This document shows, one piece after another, positions 19,420 through 30,058 of a stretch of 64,000 nucleotides of DNA. The notes under the pieces are model-generated. The model saw only the letters and a program-made list of their open reading frames with translations. It was not told the DNA's origin and ran no database searches. Positions within the stretch are counted from its first letter, which is position 1. The number at the start of each line of letters is the position of its first letter. Origin of the DNA: Candidatus Saccharimonadota bacterium (GTDB lineage: Bacteria; Patescibacteriota; Saccharimonadia; Saccharimonadales; Saccharimonadaceae); assembly GCA_905372305.1 (NCBI GenBank), contig CAJPOP010000002.1, positions 74,898 through 138,897 on the forward strand, written 5' to 3'. The position numbers were made by a program, and so were the translations under genes.

Positions 19420-21954
19420 TTATGTCTCCTCCCAGTTTTTGCCTGTTTTCACATCAACCTTCAATCGAATTGGCAGTTCTGGACAAATATTCTCCATTTC
19501 CGCGCGCATCGTTTCGCCGACCCGCTCGGCGTCTTCCGCTCGACATTCCACCAAAATTGAGTCGTGGACTTGCAGGACTGGCTCGGCTAGCCCGGCCAAT
19601 TTGTCCTCCAGCCGAATCATCGCCAGTTTCATCAAATCCGCTTCCGTACCCTGGATTGGCATGTTCATCGCTGCCCGCTCGGCCGCCGAACGCACCATAA
19701 AATTGCTCGACTTGACGTCTGGCGTGGGCCGCCGCCGGCCAAAATAAGTCTCAACAAAACCTTGTTCGCGCGCTTGAACTAAAATTGTATCCAAATATTG
19801 GCGGATTGGCTGGCGCACCGCAAAATAGTGTTCAATAAACCGCTTCGCCTCAGTAAACGTCATACCGGTAGCCGCCGCCAGCCCATGCGGACTCATACCG
19901 TACAGCACGCCAAAGTTGATCACCTTGGCCGCACGCCGCTGTGCTTTCGTCACCTGCTCCATCGGCACACCGTAGGTCTCGGCCGCCGTCTTCGTATGAA
20001 TATCTACGTCACTATTAAAATCGTTAATCAACTGCTCGTCACCCGCCAGCACCGCTGCCAGTCGCAGTTCAAATTGCGAATAATCGGCACCAACAAAGAC
20101 TTTGCCCTGGCTCGGCACAAACGCTTGGCGAATTTTCCGGCCTAGTTCCGTGCGCACCGGAATATTCTGCAGGTTCGGATTTGTGCTGCTCAGCCGCCCA
20201 GTGCTGGTGACGTCTTGATTAAACGTCGTGTGAATCCGCCCGTCCTCGGCCACCAACTTTGGCAGCGCTTCAATGTAGGTGCTAATCAATTTAGTCAGCT
20301 CCCGGTACCGCTCAATCAGCTCAATGATTGGGTGTCGCCCGCGCAGTTTATCCAGCTCTTTCTGTCCCGTCGAATAGCCAGTTTTGCCTTTTTTAACGCC
20401 AGTCGTCGGCAGCTGCAACTTGGTAAATAACACCTCAGACAGCTGCGCCGGACTAGCAGCATTGAACTCGCGCCCGGCTATCGCATACATTTGTTGTTCA
20501 AGCTGATTAACCTCCACCCTCAGCTCCTCACCCATCTGTTCAAGGAGCACTGTGTCTAGCTTCATGCCGCGCTTTTCCATCTGAAACAGCGGCCAAATCA
20601 CTGGAAAATCAAACTCGCGGAGCACCCTGTTAATCTGCTGATGCATCGCCATATAATCCTGCTGCTGGCGGTAAATCTGGCGTAGTCGCGCCAGCTGCCG
20701 CGACGCGGAATTATCCTCAGAAAAATCACCCGCCAGTGCCGCTAAACTACGGTCGCGCCTCAGCGGATCGATCAAAAACGCCGCCTGCCCAACATCCCAG
20801 ACCTCATGAAACCGCACCGTCACGTTATGGGCGTCCAGCGCATGATACAACTCCTTGACGTCCGCCGCGATAACCACGCCCTGCGCCAACAATTGCCAAA
20901 CCGACCAGCCGATTTCACTAACCTTTGCGCGCCATGCCACACCAGGCTTGGAATTAATATACACCGTGTCCGGCTCTAAGGGGTCAATATAGATAATATT
21001 TTCCGCCTCAAACAGCGGCTCAGCCGGCAAATCTTCGACGCGCGGCAACTCCAGCTCCGCCGTCTCCGCCACCTCATCCACCGCCTGCATTGTTCGCGGC
21101 AATCGCCCGATCAGCGAATGAAACTCCAGTTTCCGCAAAATCTCCGCCACTCTAGCAAAATCGCAGTCATTAACATCCGCCACCTCCCAGTTCAATTCCA
21201 CCGGCGCGTCCGTCCAGATTTCTGCCACCTGCTTAGTCAAATATGCCGACTCGCGGCCATTTGCTAGCTTTGTCCGTAGGGCGCCTTTTTGCTCGTCCAA
21301 ATGTGCATACACGCCGTCCAGCGTGTCATATGTTTGCAATAATTTCACCGCCGTCTTTTCACCAACACCCAGCACACCCGGCAAATTGTCACTGGAATCA
21401 CCCTTCAGTGCCTTCAAATCCAAAAACTGGTCCGTCCGAATACCATATTTTTGTTCAAAATATTCCGCCGTAAATTCCTCGATGTTCCTCAGACCATTTT
21501 TCATGGCGTAGACTTTAGTGAGTGGCGACACTAATTGCAGCGCATCCAAATCCGACGTCAGCAGACAGGTCTGCACGCCGCGCGCTTCCGCTTGCCTGGC
21601 AAACGCGCCCATGATATCGTCCGCCTCATAATCATCCAGTTCATACAGCGGCCAGCCAAAGGCACCCAGCAATTCCATCAAGATTGGAATTTGCTGATAA
21701 AAATCATCAGGCGCTGGCTTGCGACCTGCCTTGTACTCCGGGTACAATTCCCGCCGCTTACGGATGTTAGTGCCGCGCTTATCCCACGCCACCGCCACAT
21801 AATCCGGCTCCAATTTCTTGATCAGCTCAATCGCCAAACTGACAAACCCATACACCCCGCCAGTCGGCGTACCATCAGCCGTACTCAGCCCCGGCATAGC
21901 ATAATACCCTCGGTAAAACACTGATTTTCCGTCGATGACCGCCAAACGCTTCAT
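19420..21954 (-). CDS. polA: DNA polymerase I
   Basis: 5'-3' exonuclease motifs (YKAGRK, EADD, GDSSDNLPGV) and polymerase motifs TGRLSS, DYSQFELR, KVINFGVLYG, QVHD. Confidence 0.98.
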   Translation of the reverse strand: MKRLAVIDGKSVFYRGYYAMPGLSTADGTPTGGVYGFVSLAIELIKKLEPDYVAVAWDKRGTNIRKRRELYPEYKAGRKPAPDDFYQQIPILMELLGAFGWPLYELDDYEADDIMGAFARQAEARGVQTCLLTSDLDALQLVSPLTKVYAMKNGLRNIEEFTAEYFEQKYGIRTDQFLDLKALKGDSSDNLPGVLGVGEKTAVKLLQTYDTLDGVYAHLDEQKGALRTKLANGRESAYLTKQVAEIWTDAPVELNWEVADVNDCDFARVAEILRKLEFHSLIGRLPRTMQAVDEVAETAELELPRVEDLPAEPLFEAENIIYIDPLEPDTVYINSKPGVAWRAKVSEIGWSVWQLLAQGVVIAADVKELYHALDAHNVTVRFHEVWDVGQAAFLIDPLRRDRSLAALAGDFSEDNSASRQLARLRQIYRQQQDYMAMHQQINRVLREFDFPVIWPLFQMEKRGMKLDTVLLEQMGEELRVEVNQLEQQMYAIAGREFNAASPAQLSEVLFTKLQLPTTGVKKGKTGYSTGQKELDKLRGRHPIIELIERYRELTKLISTYIEALPKLVAEDGRIHTTFNQDVTSTGRLSSTNPNLQNIPVRTELGRKIRQAFVPSQGKVFVGADYSQFELRLAAVLAGDEQLINDFNSDVDIHTKTAAETYGVPMEQVTKAQRRAAKVINFGVLYGMSPHGLAAATGMTFTEAKRFIEHYFAVRQPIRQYLDTILVQAREQGFVETYFGRRRPTPDVKSSNFMVRSAAERAAMNMPIQGTEADLMKLAMIRLEDKLAGLAEPVLQVHDSILVECRAEDAERVGETMRAEMENICPELPIRLKVDVKTGKNWEET

Positions 21955-21960
21955 ATACTC

Positions 21961-21982
21961 AGTATAGCAAATTTGCTATACT
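21961..21982. promoter_or_regulatory. Palindromic bidirectional extended -10 promoter
   Basis: Perfect 22-bp palindrome AGTATAGCAAATTTGCTATACT. It gives TGCTATACT 6 nt before the ATG of both polA and the divergent kinase. Confidence 0.7.
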
Positions 21983-21988
21983 AACAAC

Positions 21989-22576
21989 ATGACACAACCA
22001 CACGCAAAAATCATCGCCCTAGTTGGCCTGGCTGGTAGCGGTAAAAGTTCGGCCGTCGAATATTTAACAAAAAAGGGCTTCCCTAAAATTTATTTTGGCG
22101 GCGTTATCTACAAAGCCATGGAAGAAGCTGGTATTGAACCAACCTGGGACAATCAGCAAAAATTCCGCGAAGAAATCCGCCAACGCGAAGGCAAGGACTT
22201 CGTCGTCAAACGCGTCATTAAAAACATTCACGATTTGATAAATGCCGGACAAAATAAAATTGTTCTGGATGGACTATATACGTGGAGCGAGTATAAAATC
22301 CTCAAGCATGAGTTTCCTGGGCAAGTCGCCGTCATCGCCATCGTCACGCCAAAACATCTCCGCTACCAGCGGATGATGAAGCGTCCCGAGCGGCCGATGC
22401 AACCGCGCGAAGTCGACCAGCGCGATTGGTCGGAAATTGAGAACCTGGAAAAAGGCGGGCCAATTGCTATCGCCGACTATTTCATTATTAACGACAGCGA
22501 TTTGACGCAACTACACCAAAAAATAGACGCCGTTACCCGCGACGCCCATTTCTGCAAAGCACCCGAACAATGCTAA
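21989..22576 (+). CDS. P-loop nucleotide kinase (dephospho-CoA kinase-like / AAA_17 family)
   Basis: Walker A GLAGSGKS, IVLDG, RYQRMMKR lid and IADYFIIN. Confidence 0.75.
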   Translation: MTQPHAKIIALVGLAGSGKSSAVEYLTKKGFPKIYFGGVIYKAMEEAGIEPTWDNQQKFREEIRQREGKDFVVKRVIKNIHDLINAGQNKIVLDGLYTWSEYKILKHEFPGQVAVIAIVTPKHLRYQRMMKRPERPMQPREVDQRDWSEIENLEKGGPIAIADYFIINDSDLTQLHQKIDAVTRDAHFCKAPEQC

Positions 22577-23539
22577 TTAATCTAAATATTCATAAAGTTT
22601 TTTAGCATCTTTATGCTTCCTGAGCTTTGCCAAAGCCTTGGCTTCAATTTGTCGGATCCGCTCGCGCGTCACTGCAAATTCCTGACCAACTTCTTCCAGC
22701 GTGTGATTCTTGCCATTATCTAGTCCAAACCGCATGCGCACAATTTTTTGCTCGCGATCGCTTAAACTGGATAGCATATCCTGAACCTGCTCTTTTAACA
22801 ACTGGCTTGTGGCAGAATCTTCCGGAGAAACCGTATCCTCGTCAACGATAAAATCTTGAAGAGCCGACTCGTCATCTTCGCCGTCGCGCCCCACGCTGGC
22901 ATCCAAGGAAGAAATGTCTTGCTTGATCTTAATGACATATTCAATCTTCTCCGGCTCCATGTCCAATTCTTTGGACAATTCCTCAATCGTTGGCTCGCGG
23001 TTCAATTCCTGCGTCATTCGCCGCTGCGTGCGCAGCAATTTATTGATGGTTTCCACCATGTGAACTGGAATACGAATCGTCCGCGCCTGGTCGGCAATCG
23101 CCCGGGTAATCGCCTGGCGAATCCACCACGTCGCATAGGTTGAAAATTTAAAACCCTTGTCTGGATCAAACTTCTCAACCGCCCGGAGCAAGCCAGTATT
23201 TCCTTCCTGAATCAAATCCAAAAAGTCCAACCCACGGCCCGAATATCGCTTGGCAATTGACACCACCAAACGCATGTTCGCCTCGGCCATCTTGTCCTTA
23301 GCCTTCTTATCGCCTTCAATAATCCGGCGCGCCAGCTCCATCTCTTCTTCGGCGCTTAGTAGTGGAATTTTACCAATTTCCCTTAGATACAGCCGCACCG
23401 AATCGTCCGACACATCATCCAAATATTGACCAGTTGAAAGCGAAATTAAATCTTCCGATTCTTCCTCGTCTATAGCTGCCGGATCAAAATCTGCATCGTC
23501 GTTCAAATTTGCCGGCTTAGTAGTCGTATCGTCGCTCAC
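22577..23539 (-). CDS. rpoD: RNA polymerase primary sigma factor
   Basis: [52 protein letters not shown] and [13 protein letters not shown]. Confidence 0.97.
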   Translation of the reverse strand: MSDDTTTKPANLNDDADFDPAAIDEEESEDLISLSTGQYLDDVSDDSVRLYLREIGKIPLLSAEEEMELARRIIEGDKKAKDKMAEANMRLVVSIAKRYSGRGLDFLDLIQEGNTGLLRAVEKFDPDKGFKFSTYATWWIRQAITRAIADQARTIRIPVHMVETINKLLRTQRRMTQELNREPTIEELSKELDMEPEKIEYVIKIKQDISSLDASVGRDGEDDESALQDFIVDEDTVSPEDSATSQLLKEQVQDMLSSLSDREQKIVRMRFGLDNGKNHTLEEVGQEFAVTRERIRQIEAKALAKLRKHKDAKKLYEYLD

Positions 23540-25269
23540 ATTTTCTCCTTAATCAGCTGGTTCAGATTCTGGCGCAAGCGCTGGGATAAAACCTCGTCGC
23601 CCGCCGCCTCAGCTTCCCGCAGCTGGGTTAATAATTGATTCTTTTGGTTTTCGCGATGTTTTATTGTTATTTGCCTGACTAGCCGAGCCATTTCTTCATC
23701 CAAGCTTTTCTGCTCCCAATTGGCATAACGACTTTCACTTTTTAACTGTACTATTTTCACATACTGCTCAATTTTTTGCAAGCCTTGAGGAATATTACTT
23801 AAGTCAATGTCCAAATTTTCCCGTAAATAGCCAATTAGCTGCCGCGCATTATCACTTTCAAGCATCTCGCCAGAAATCGCCGCCAGCCAGCGCCGCATTG
23901 TTTTTTCGCTTGCCGCCAGCCCCGCTAGCATGTCTTCGGTTTCATCTTGAACGGGGTGCGGTTTTTCCTTGTCAATTTTAGTTTTTCTCAGCTGCTGATT
24001 TACCGTTTTTTCGCCCGCCAGCTTCGCCTTCAAGGCAGTAATCGAGGCGCCAGTTTTTTTAGAAATCACCGCCAAATAATGCTCTTGCTCCACCGGATCT
24101 TTCAGGCCGCGCACGATTCTCAGCGCAGTTGTTGAAAATCGCCGCTTGCCCTCAGCCGTCGCCAAATCTTCCATCTCGGCGTGCCGAGCAATTACCCAAT
24201 CCACCGCCGGCTGCGCCCGCCCAACCGCCGCTTGCCACAAGGCCGGGTCTTTTTGGATCAATTCATCCGGATCTTTCACGCCATCCGGCAAGCTCACCAC
24301 CTCTAGCTCCACGCCGATTTCCTGCGCCAAATTGATCGCCCGCTCCGTTGCACTGACGCCCGCCCGGTCGCCATCAAATGCCAGGCGAATCCGTCCCGCC
24401 AGCCGGCTCAGCGCCTTCAGATGTTGCAGGGTCATCGCCGTCCCCGCCGTCGCCACCACGTTTTTGACGCCGGCTTGGTGGCTGCTAACCACGTCCAAAT
24501 TCCCCTCGACAATCACCGCCGCGTCACTTTTACGAATCGCCTCTTTCGCCTGATACAGCCCAAAAATATGGCGTGATTTATCAAATAGCAGTGTCTGCGG
24601 CGTGTTCAGATACTTTGGCGCGCGCGGATCATCACGAATAATTCGCCCCGTAAAGCCGACCGCTTCGCCGCTGCTATCGCTCAAAGCCACCATCATCCGC
24701 CCCCGAAACAAGTCGCCACCGAACCGATTAACCAGCCCCGCGTCAGCCAGCTCCCGGCGCGAAAATCCCCGCCTCTCCAGCGCTTTGGTCAGCGCATCGC
24801 CCCGATCTGGCGCATAACCGACGATAAAATGGCCGATCGTCTGCCGATTCAGCCGCCGTTTTTTCACCGCGTATTCCAGCGCTGCCGGATTTTTCACCAA
24901 ATTTTGCTGATAAAAATTCGCCGCCAGTTTTAGCGCTTCCCTAGCCCGCGCTCGCCGCTTGGCTGTCCGTCCATCACCATGAGAAAACAAGCTCAAATCC
25001 ACGCCCGCCTTGCGCGCCAAATGCTCCAGCGCCTGGCGAAAATCCATCCCCTCCACCAGCATCACGAACGTAAAAATATCGCCGCCCTTACCCGAAGAAA
25101 AATCATGCCAAATCTGTTTTTCCGGACTCACCATAAAACTCGGCGTCCGCTCATCAGTGAATGGACTGAGCCCTTTCAGATTACGGCCCGCCCGCTTCAG
25201 CTGAATATATTCACCGATTACATCCTCAATATTCAGCCGCGCCCGCACTTCTTCCTTGGCATCATTCAT
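23536..25269 (-). CDS. dnaG: DNA primase
   Basis: [16 protein letters not shown] and TOPRIM FDGDRAG, KDPDE. Upstream of rpoD. The N-terminal zinc-binding domain lacks Cys ([11 protein letters not shown]...[10 protein letters not shown]). Confidence 0.97.
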   Translation of the reverse strand: MNDAKEEVRARLNIEDVIGEYIQLKRAGRNLKGLSPFTDERTPSFMVSPEKQIWHDFSSGKGGDIFTFVMLVEGMDFRQALEHLARKAGVDLSLFSHGDGRTAKRRARAREALKLAANFYQQNLVKNPAALEYAVKKRRLNRQTIGHFIVGYAPDRGDALTKALERRGFSRRELADAGLVNRFGGDLFRGRMMVALSDSSGEAVGFTGRIIRDDPRAPKYLNTPQTLLFDKSRHIFGLYQAKEAIRKSDAAVIVEGNLDVVSSHQAGVKNVVATAGTAMTLQHLKALSRLAGRIRLAFDGDRAGVSATERAINLAQEIGVELEVVSLPDGVKDPDELIQKDPALWQAAVGRAQPAVDWVIARHAEMEDLATAEGKRRFSTTALRIVRGLKDPVEQEHYLAVISKKTGASITALKAKLAGEKTVNQQLRKTKIDKEKPHPVQDETEDMLAGLAASEKTMRRWLAAISGEMLESDNARQLIGYLRENLDIDLSNIPQGLQKIEQYVKIVQLKSESRYANWEQKSLDEEMARLVRQITIKHRENQKNQLLTQLREAEAAGDEVLSQRLRQNLNQLIKEKM

Positions 25270-25323
25270 GGTTTTTATTATATCACTCTTTACCTCTGTT
25301 ATCGTTTGTGCTTAAATAAATAC

Positions 25324-25944
25324 ATGTATCCAGATAATTTGAACAATTCTGTTAGCCCCCAACCATCGGGGATAGATTACCTTAATCAAATAGCTACCCC
25401 GCCGCCAGCCCAAGGTTTTGATAAAAAAACCAAGCTTATTCTTGCTATTATCGGCTTATTCGGCATCATCAGCTTGGTAGCCATTTTTATAATGTCGCAA
25501 GGCTCATCCAATGCCTCGCCGATTCAAGTTGCTGCCCGCGTAAATAAGCTTCTAACTATCTCTCAGAAATACGATAAAAAATTACAAACCAGCACCATGC
25601 AAGCCATCAATATTTCGTTCGTCTCTGTTTTAACTAGCGCTGAAGCTGGCCTGACCGAACCGCTCCAAAATTCCGGTATTGACTATAAAAAGCAGAAAAA
25701 AGAAATTTTGAAAATGGAGCCTTCAGAAAAAATGGATAAAAAACTTGAAGACGCCGCTTTAAATGCACAACTCGACTCCATATACGCGCATGAAATGAAC
25801 GTACAAATTACTGATACGCTTGTGATGATGCAAAAACTGCAAAAAAGCACTAGGTCCAAATCAACCAAAGAGTACCTCGTAAAAACAGTCGCTGATCTAA
25901 AAAATATTCAAAAACAACTAGAAGAGTTTTTAAAAACTAATTAG
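25324..25944 (+). CDS. Hypothetical single-pass membrane protein
   Basis: Start reassigned to MYPDNL (25324); DYLNQIA motif, one TM and a helical C-terminal domain. Confidence 0.7.
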   Translation: MYPDNLNNSVSPQPSGIDYLNQIATPPPAQGFDKKTKLILAIIGLFGIISLVAIFIMSQGSSNASPIQVAARVNKLLTISQKYDKKLQTSTMQAINISFVSVLTSAEAGLTEPLQNSGIDYKKQKKEILKMEPSEKMDKKLEDAALNAQLDSIYAHEMNVQITDTLVMMQKLQKSTRSKSTKEYLVKTVADLKNIQKQLEEFLKTN

Positions 25945-26281
25945 TGTTTTCCGCCACCAGCCGATAGCTTAGCCGCGCCAAATCAAAAATTTCCTCATCG
26001 CTCAACTGTCCTGAACAAATAATAGTGTTCCAATGCTTTTTATTCAAATGATAGCCTGACAGTACCGTTTCGTATTTTTCCCGCAAATTCTCAGCCAATA
26101 GCGGATCGCACTTCAGACTCACCCTGAGCGGCTTTGAGCCCTCCGCCACCAATGCTACCATCTTCCCCGCGCCGTTATTACTCTTACCAAACTTATACAC
26201 CGCAACATCCTCGCCAAACGGATAGTCCAGCCACACACCTGGCAAACTCAGGATAAACTCTTCAAATTGTTTATGGGTCAT
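25937..26281 (-). CDS. MmcQ/YjbR family DNA-binding protein
   Basis: DYPFG, VSLKCDP, GYHLNKKHWNTI and SYRLV. Confidence 0.92.
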   Translation of the reverse strand: MTHKQFEEFILSLPGVWLDYPFGEDVAVYKFGKSNNGAGKMVALVAEGSKPLRVSLKCDPLLAENLREKYETVLSGYHLNKKHWNTIICSGQLSDEEIFDLARLSYRLVAENTN

Positions 26282-26296
26282 AACCTAATTATACAA

Positions 26297-27010
26297 TTAC
26301 AATGTCTTAAGAGCAATTTTCTCAGCAATGTCCCGCGTCGCGCCAAATCGACTCGCGGCATTCACCGCCGCGGCCGCCATACCGCGAAGCGCCGCTCGTG
26401 TTCGCGCCCTGAGAATATCTCGCCCCGTCAAGCCCTTTTGCTGATCCCGCTCTGATTGCCACGCTAATCGGATTGCCCGGCCCGCCAGCGCCAAGCCTCG
26501 TTTCTTTTCACCCGCCAGACTTTCAATCATACTCCAGCGAGATGCCATATTTATCTCATACTGGTCAGCGTTCTCCTTTTTAGAAAGCTGATCTACTTTT
26601 GCCATGTCCTGCTCGGCCTGCCGCGTCATGAGCCGCGCCTTGTCCGCCAACGCTTCATCACTACTATCTGCCAATAGATACGCCTTCAACGCAAATATGC
26701 CAACATAAGATGCCGTGGCTGACCGCTCTCGCAGCGTTTCAGCCCCGGGATTCTTGTTAGCTGCCGCATCATGAATATCATATGCCCGATCGATATATTT
26801 AAGCGCCGTATCATTTTGACCCAAACGATCACTTGCGGCGGCCATGTTGCGATATACCTCTCCTAGCAGCGACTTGTTACCCTCGCCATGTAACTCCTCC
26901 ATTGCCAGCGCTTTCTCACCAAGTTGCACAGCCCTATCAAAATGACCGCGCGAAATCTCATTCGTTAGCCCGGTTATATATTGCTGTAGCTCAGAACTCA
27001 TTGCACACAT
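26297..27010 (-). CDS. Hypothetical helical (TPR-like) protein
   Basis: Ala-rich helical repeats such as GEVYRNMAAASDRLGQNDTALKYIDRA. Start uncertain (27001/27010/27019). Confidence 0.6.
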   Translation of the reverse strand: MCAMSSELQQYITGLTNEISRGHFDRAVQLGEKALAMEELHGEGNKSLLGEVYRNMAAASDRLGQNDTALKYIDRAYDIHDAAANKNPGAETLRERSATASYVGIFALKAYLLADSSDEALADKARLMTRQAEQDMAKVDQLSKKENADQYEINMASRWSMIESLAGEKKRGLALAGRAIRLAWQSERDQQKGLTGRDILRARTRAALRGMAAAAVNAASRFGATRDIAEKIALKTL

Positions 27011-27098
27011 TTTCGTCAACTCCTTTTGCCAAGATAATATCAGAGAAGCATACTTTTGTCAAATAATTCAGCAGCCGTGAATATACCGGCTGGTAAAC

Positions 27099-27650
27099 CT
27101 AGCTTTTCACCTTCTTCAAATAATATTGTAATTCCATAATGCTGCCGCGAATATCTTCCAGCGCCCGATGGTCCTCTGGTTTGGCAAATTTTTTACCGTA
27201 TTTGCCTTCAAACACCACTTTCCAGGCACTGACATCCAGCATCCGGTAGTGTAGTCTTTTTGATAACGCAGGCCACCATTGGTCGATAAACCGACGATCC
27301 TGATGAATAGAATTGCCGCCCAGTAAAATCCGTGGCTCATCCGCAAAATGTTCATCGCAAAACACCAGCAAATCATGCTCCACCTCGGCCAGCGGCTTGC
27401 CCGAGATATTTTGCTCCTCCAAACCGCGGCGTGATGCTGGATGCTCATTCCAAAATCCAGCGTTACGATCCAGCAGTTTAGCCAGCTTCGCCGGATCATG
27501 CCGCACCACGCCCTGATAGGTCGCAATCTCCGTAAAATCCCAATCCGTGACGATCGCTGCCACCTCCAAAATCTCATCGCGCACCGGATCTAGCCCGGTC
27601 ATCTCCAAATCCATCCATAAAATCTTCTTTGGCTTAAAGCTGGCTCTCAT
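27099..27650 (-). CDS. orn: Oligoribonuclease
   Basis: WMDLEMTGLDP, GNSIHQDRRF, HYRMLDVS and HRALEDI (DEDDh). Confidence 0.95.
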   Translation of the reverse strand: MRASFKPKKILWMDLEMTGLDPVRDEILEVAAIVTDWDFTEIATYQGVVRHDPAKLAKLLDRNAGFWNEHPASRRGLEEQNISGKPLAEVEHDLLVFCDEHFADEPRILLGGNSIHQDRRFIDQWWPALSKRLHYRMLDVSAWKVVFEGKYGKKFAKPEDHRALEDIRGSIMELQYYLKKVKS

Positions 27651-27693
27651 GTTTCTATTTTACCACTTCCTTGCAGCGTGCTACACTAAAACC

Positions 27694-28398
27694 ATGACTA
27701 AACGTATCCTCCTCAAATTATCCGGCGAGCAGCTTCAGGGCGAGTTCACCAGCGGCTTCGACCCTAAGCGAGCTCGTTGGATCGCTGAACAAATCAAACC
27801 AGCGCTAGAAACTGGCGCCGAAATCGTCATTATGGTTGGCGGCGGCAATTATGTCCGCGGCAACCAGATCATCGGCCACGGCATTCAACCTGTCTCGGCC
27901 CATAATATCGGCATGCTCTCTACCCTGATGAACGCCATCGCCCTGGCTGATGTATTCAATGACGCTGGCTTGCCAACCCGCGCCCTATCCACCGTCGAAA
28001 TCAACCAATTTATCGATCAATATACCTTCCGCCGCGCCCTCAGCCACATCGAAAAGGATCGTGTAGTCATCGTTGCCTGCGGCACTGGCCGACCCTTCCT
28101 GACCACCGACACCGCTGCCCTGAATCTAGCTTTAGAAATGCAATGCGATGTTGTGATTAAAACAACGAAAGTAGACGGCGTATACGATAAAGATCCTGCC
28201 AAATTCCCTGATGCTATTAAATTTGATAAGCTCAGCTATCACGACGCTCTGACCAACCCTGACATCACCGTCATGGACAAAGCTGCCATCGGCCTGGCTA
28301 TGGACGAACACATCCCAGTTATTATCTGCGACCTTCTCACCGACGGCAATATCGCCCGAGCCGCCCGCGGCGAAACAGTCGGTACGCTAATCAGCTAG
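27694..28398 (+). CDS. pyrH: UMP kinase
   Basis: RILLKLSGE, VGGGN, GTGRPFLTTDTAA and VDGVYDKDP. Start reassigned to 27694. Confidence 0.95.
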   Translation: MTKRILLKLSGEQLQGEFTSGFDPKRARWIAEQIKPALETGAEIVIMVGGGNYVRGNQIIGHGIQPVSAHNIGMLSTLMNAIALADVFNDAGLPTRALSTVEINQFIDQYTFRRALSHIEKDRVVIVACGTGRPFLTTDTAALNLALEMQCDVVIKTTKVDGVYDKDPAKFPDAIKFDKLSYHDALTNPDITVMDKAAIGLAMDEHIPVIICDLLTDGNIARAARGETVGTLIS

Positions 28399-28435
28399 AT
28401 ATAGCCAAGTCGCCTCAGCTACCGAAGCTTAAGCA

Positions 28436-28924
28436 CTAATCTTTCTTCTTGTCTAATTTATCGAGCTTAAACAGGTGCACAATTGCATACACCACAAAAG
28501 CTACCGCCAGCAATGTGATCAACGAGCTAATAAACGCCCCATACAGAAATTCACCCTTACGCCCGGCAATTTCAACAGTAAACGATGCCGCCTGAAGTCC
28601 TTGTTGCGAACCAACGATCAACTGTACTAGCGGGTCAATAAATGCCGTCACCAGCTTCTTCACCGTATCGCCAGCTGCCGTACCAATTGCCAGACCGACA
28701 GCCAAACCAACCACGCCCTGTTCACGAATAAAATTGACAAATCCACCCATATGACTATCTTTGATTGCCTCGCGCACGACCTTTTTATCTTTAGTAGACA
28801 CTGCTTTCACGACAGCCTTGGCACTGATGGCAACCGACTTTTTAGCTGATTTATTGGCAGTAGTCTTTGCCGTTTTAGTATTCTTGGCAGTCGACTTTTT
28901 CAACTCAGTAGATTTTGTTACCAT
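28436..28924 (-). CDS. mscL: Large-conductance mechanosensitive channel with Lys-rich N-terminal extension
   Basis: GFVNFIREQGVVGLAVGLAIGTA and YGAFISSLITLL. Confidence 0.8.
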   Translation of the reverse strand: MVTKSTELKKSTAKNTKTAKTTANKSAKKSVAISAKAVVKAVSTKDKKVVREAIKDSHMGGFVNFIREQGVVGLAVGLAIGTAAGDTVKKLVTAFIDPLVQLIVGSQQGLQAASFTVEIAGRKGEFLYGAFISSLITLLAVAFVVYAIVHLFKLDKLDKKKD

Positions 28925-28943
28925 AAAAACTCCTTTGTAACGG

Positions 28944-30026
28944 TTATTTGCTTAATTTTATCATGAGCTCGCAGAGATCCTTCTTAGCGGCCTTTAGTTT
29001 ACCCTCAGTTAAACTATTACGAGGTAAAGACTTATATAGCCGTACAGCCTCCTCCATTAGACCAATGTCCTTATTCTCTTTGGCAACCCGCCGCATAACG
29101 TCAGGTAGGAATAGCTTAGTTCTTGAAAGATCATCCTCCGGTAAACTTTCATTAACCGTTCTAGCCACTTCAATAGCCAAGATATCATAACCTTGATTAA
29201 TAAGCTGTTTGCATAATTTGTCCATTTCTTCCAATTTATTTCGCGGATCGACATCAAGGTATAAACCAGGTAAATCCACCAGCGCACTAGCTGCTGCCTC
29301 ATACTTCCCGTGCAGTTGATCAATTCGGGCATTATACTCATCAAGCAACAACAGTCTTCCAGGAATAGATGGCAACGTAAACATTTGTAATATTGAGCCT
29401 CGTCGAGAATCACGATGTTCCGATTGAGGATCCGGAAACCTCAACCACTCACGCACTGCTAAGAAGTCCTCGCGGTTGACTGATGGCGGTAATTGCCGCA
29501 TTAACAAGTCGTCAGTAAATAAACTATTCTCAGCTCTTAGTTGACCACACTGTAGTTGATTAAGCGGATTCTCACGACCAATTACTCCCGTCATTTCACA
29601 GCATAATTCCCTTGTCTTAACGTCTATCATAAATGACCGGTCGCTTTGTCTATCAAATAATGTAATAAATGTATGCTGATTAGCGTAACTGATGAAGTGC
29701 TCAATACCTAGCCTCTCCAAACACTCGGATGCCACAATTGTATGTCCAAAGCAATTGGCTACCTCGGTCTCGGCAATAATTTCCGCCCGGAGCGGTTGCG
29801 AAAAATGACCTGTCGGCGCAAAATCAAGTGTTTCCCGAACGAGCGAAGCAACAGACGTGGCCGCCCTAGCTACATCATCAAATGTTTTTGGCGACTGCTC
29901 ATATTCCGCCTCTATAGCGCGAAGTTGCCGTGATTCAAACAATAATTCACTCTGCCCATTACCGTCCTGCTCTACGCGGCTACTTTTCGGCGTTAACAAC
30001 TGAGCCGCCAAATATCGTTCATCCAT
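28944..30026 (-). CDS. Hypothetical protein with a transglutaminase-like Cys-His-Asp segment
   Basis: ANCFGHTIVASECLERLGI...NQHTFITL...FMIDV, followed by a helical C-terminus. Confidence 0.55.
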   Translation of the reverse strand: MDERYLAAQLLTPKSSRVEQDGNGQSELLFESRQLRAIEAEYEQSPKTFDDVARAATSVASLVRETLDFAPTGHFSQPLRAEIIAETEVANCFGHTIVASECLERLGIEHFISYANQHTFITLFDRQSDRSFMIDVKTRELCCEMTGVIGRENPLNQLQCGQLRAENSLFTDDLLMRQLPPSVNREDFLAVREWLRFPDPQSEHRDSRRGSILQMFTLPSIPGRLLLLDEYNARIDQLHGKYEAAASALVDLPGLYLDVDPRNKLEEMDKLCKQLINQGYDILAIEVARTVNESLPEDDLSRTKLFLPDVMRRVAKENKDIGLMEEAVRLYKSLPRNSLTEGKLKAAKKDLCELMIKLSK

Positions 30027-30058
30027 AACGGCGTTATTATATACTAATCTACTGTATC

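Noticed and set aside
24979..25323. N-terminal extension of the 24979-25944 ORF, and similar extensions for pyrH, rrf2, groES/EL and pilins
   Set aside because: The extensions overlap opposite-strand genes or promoters; downstream ATGs have better start signals.
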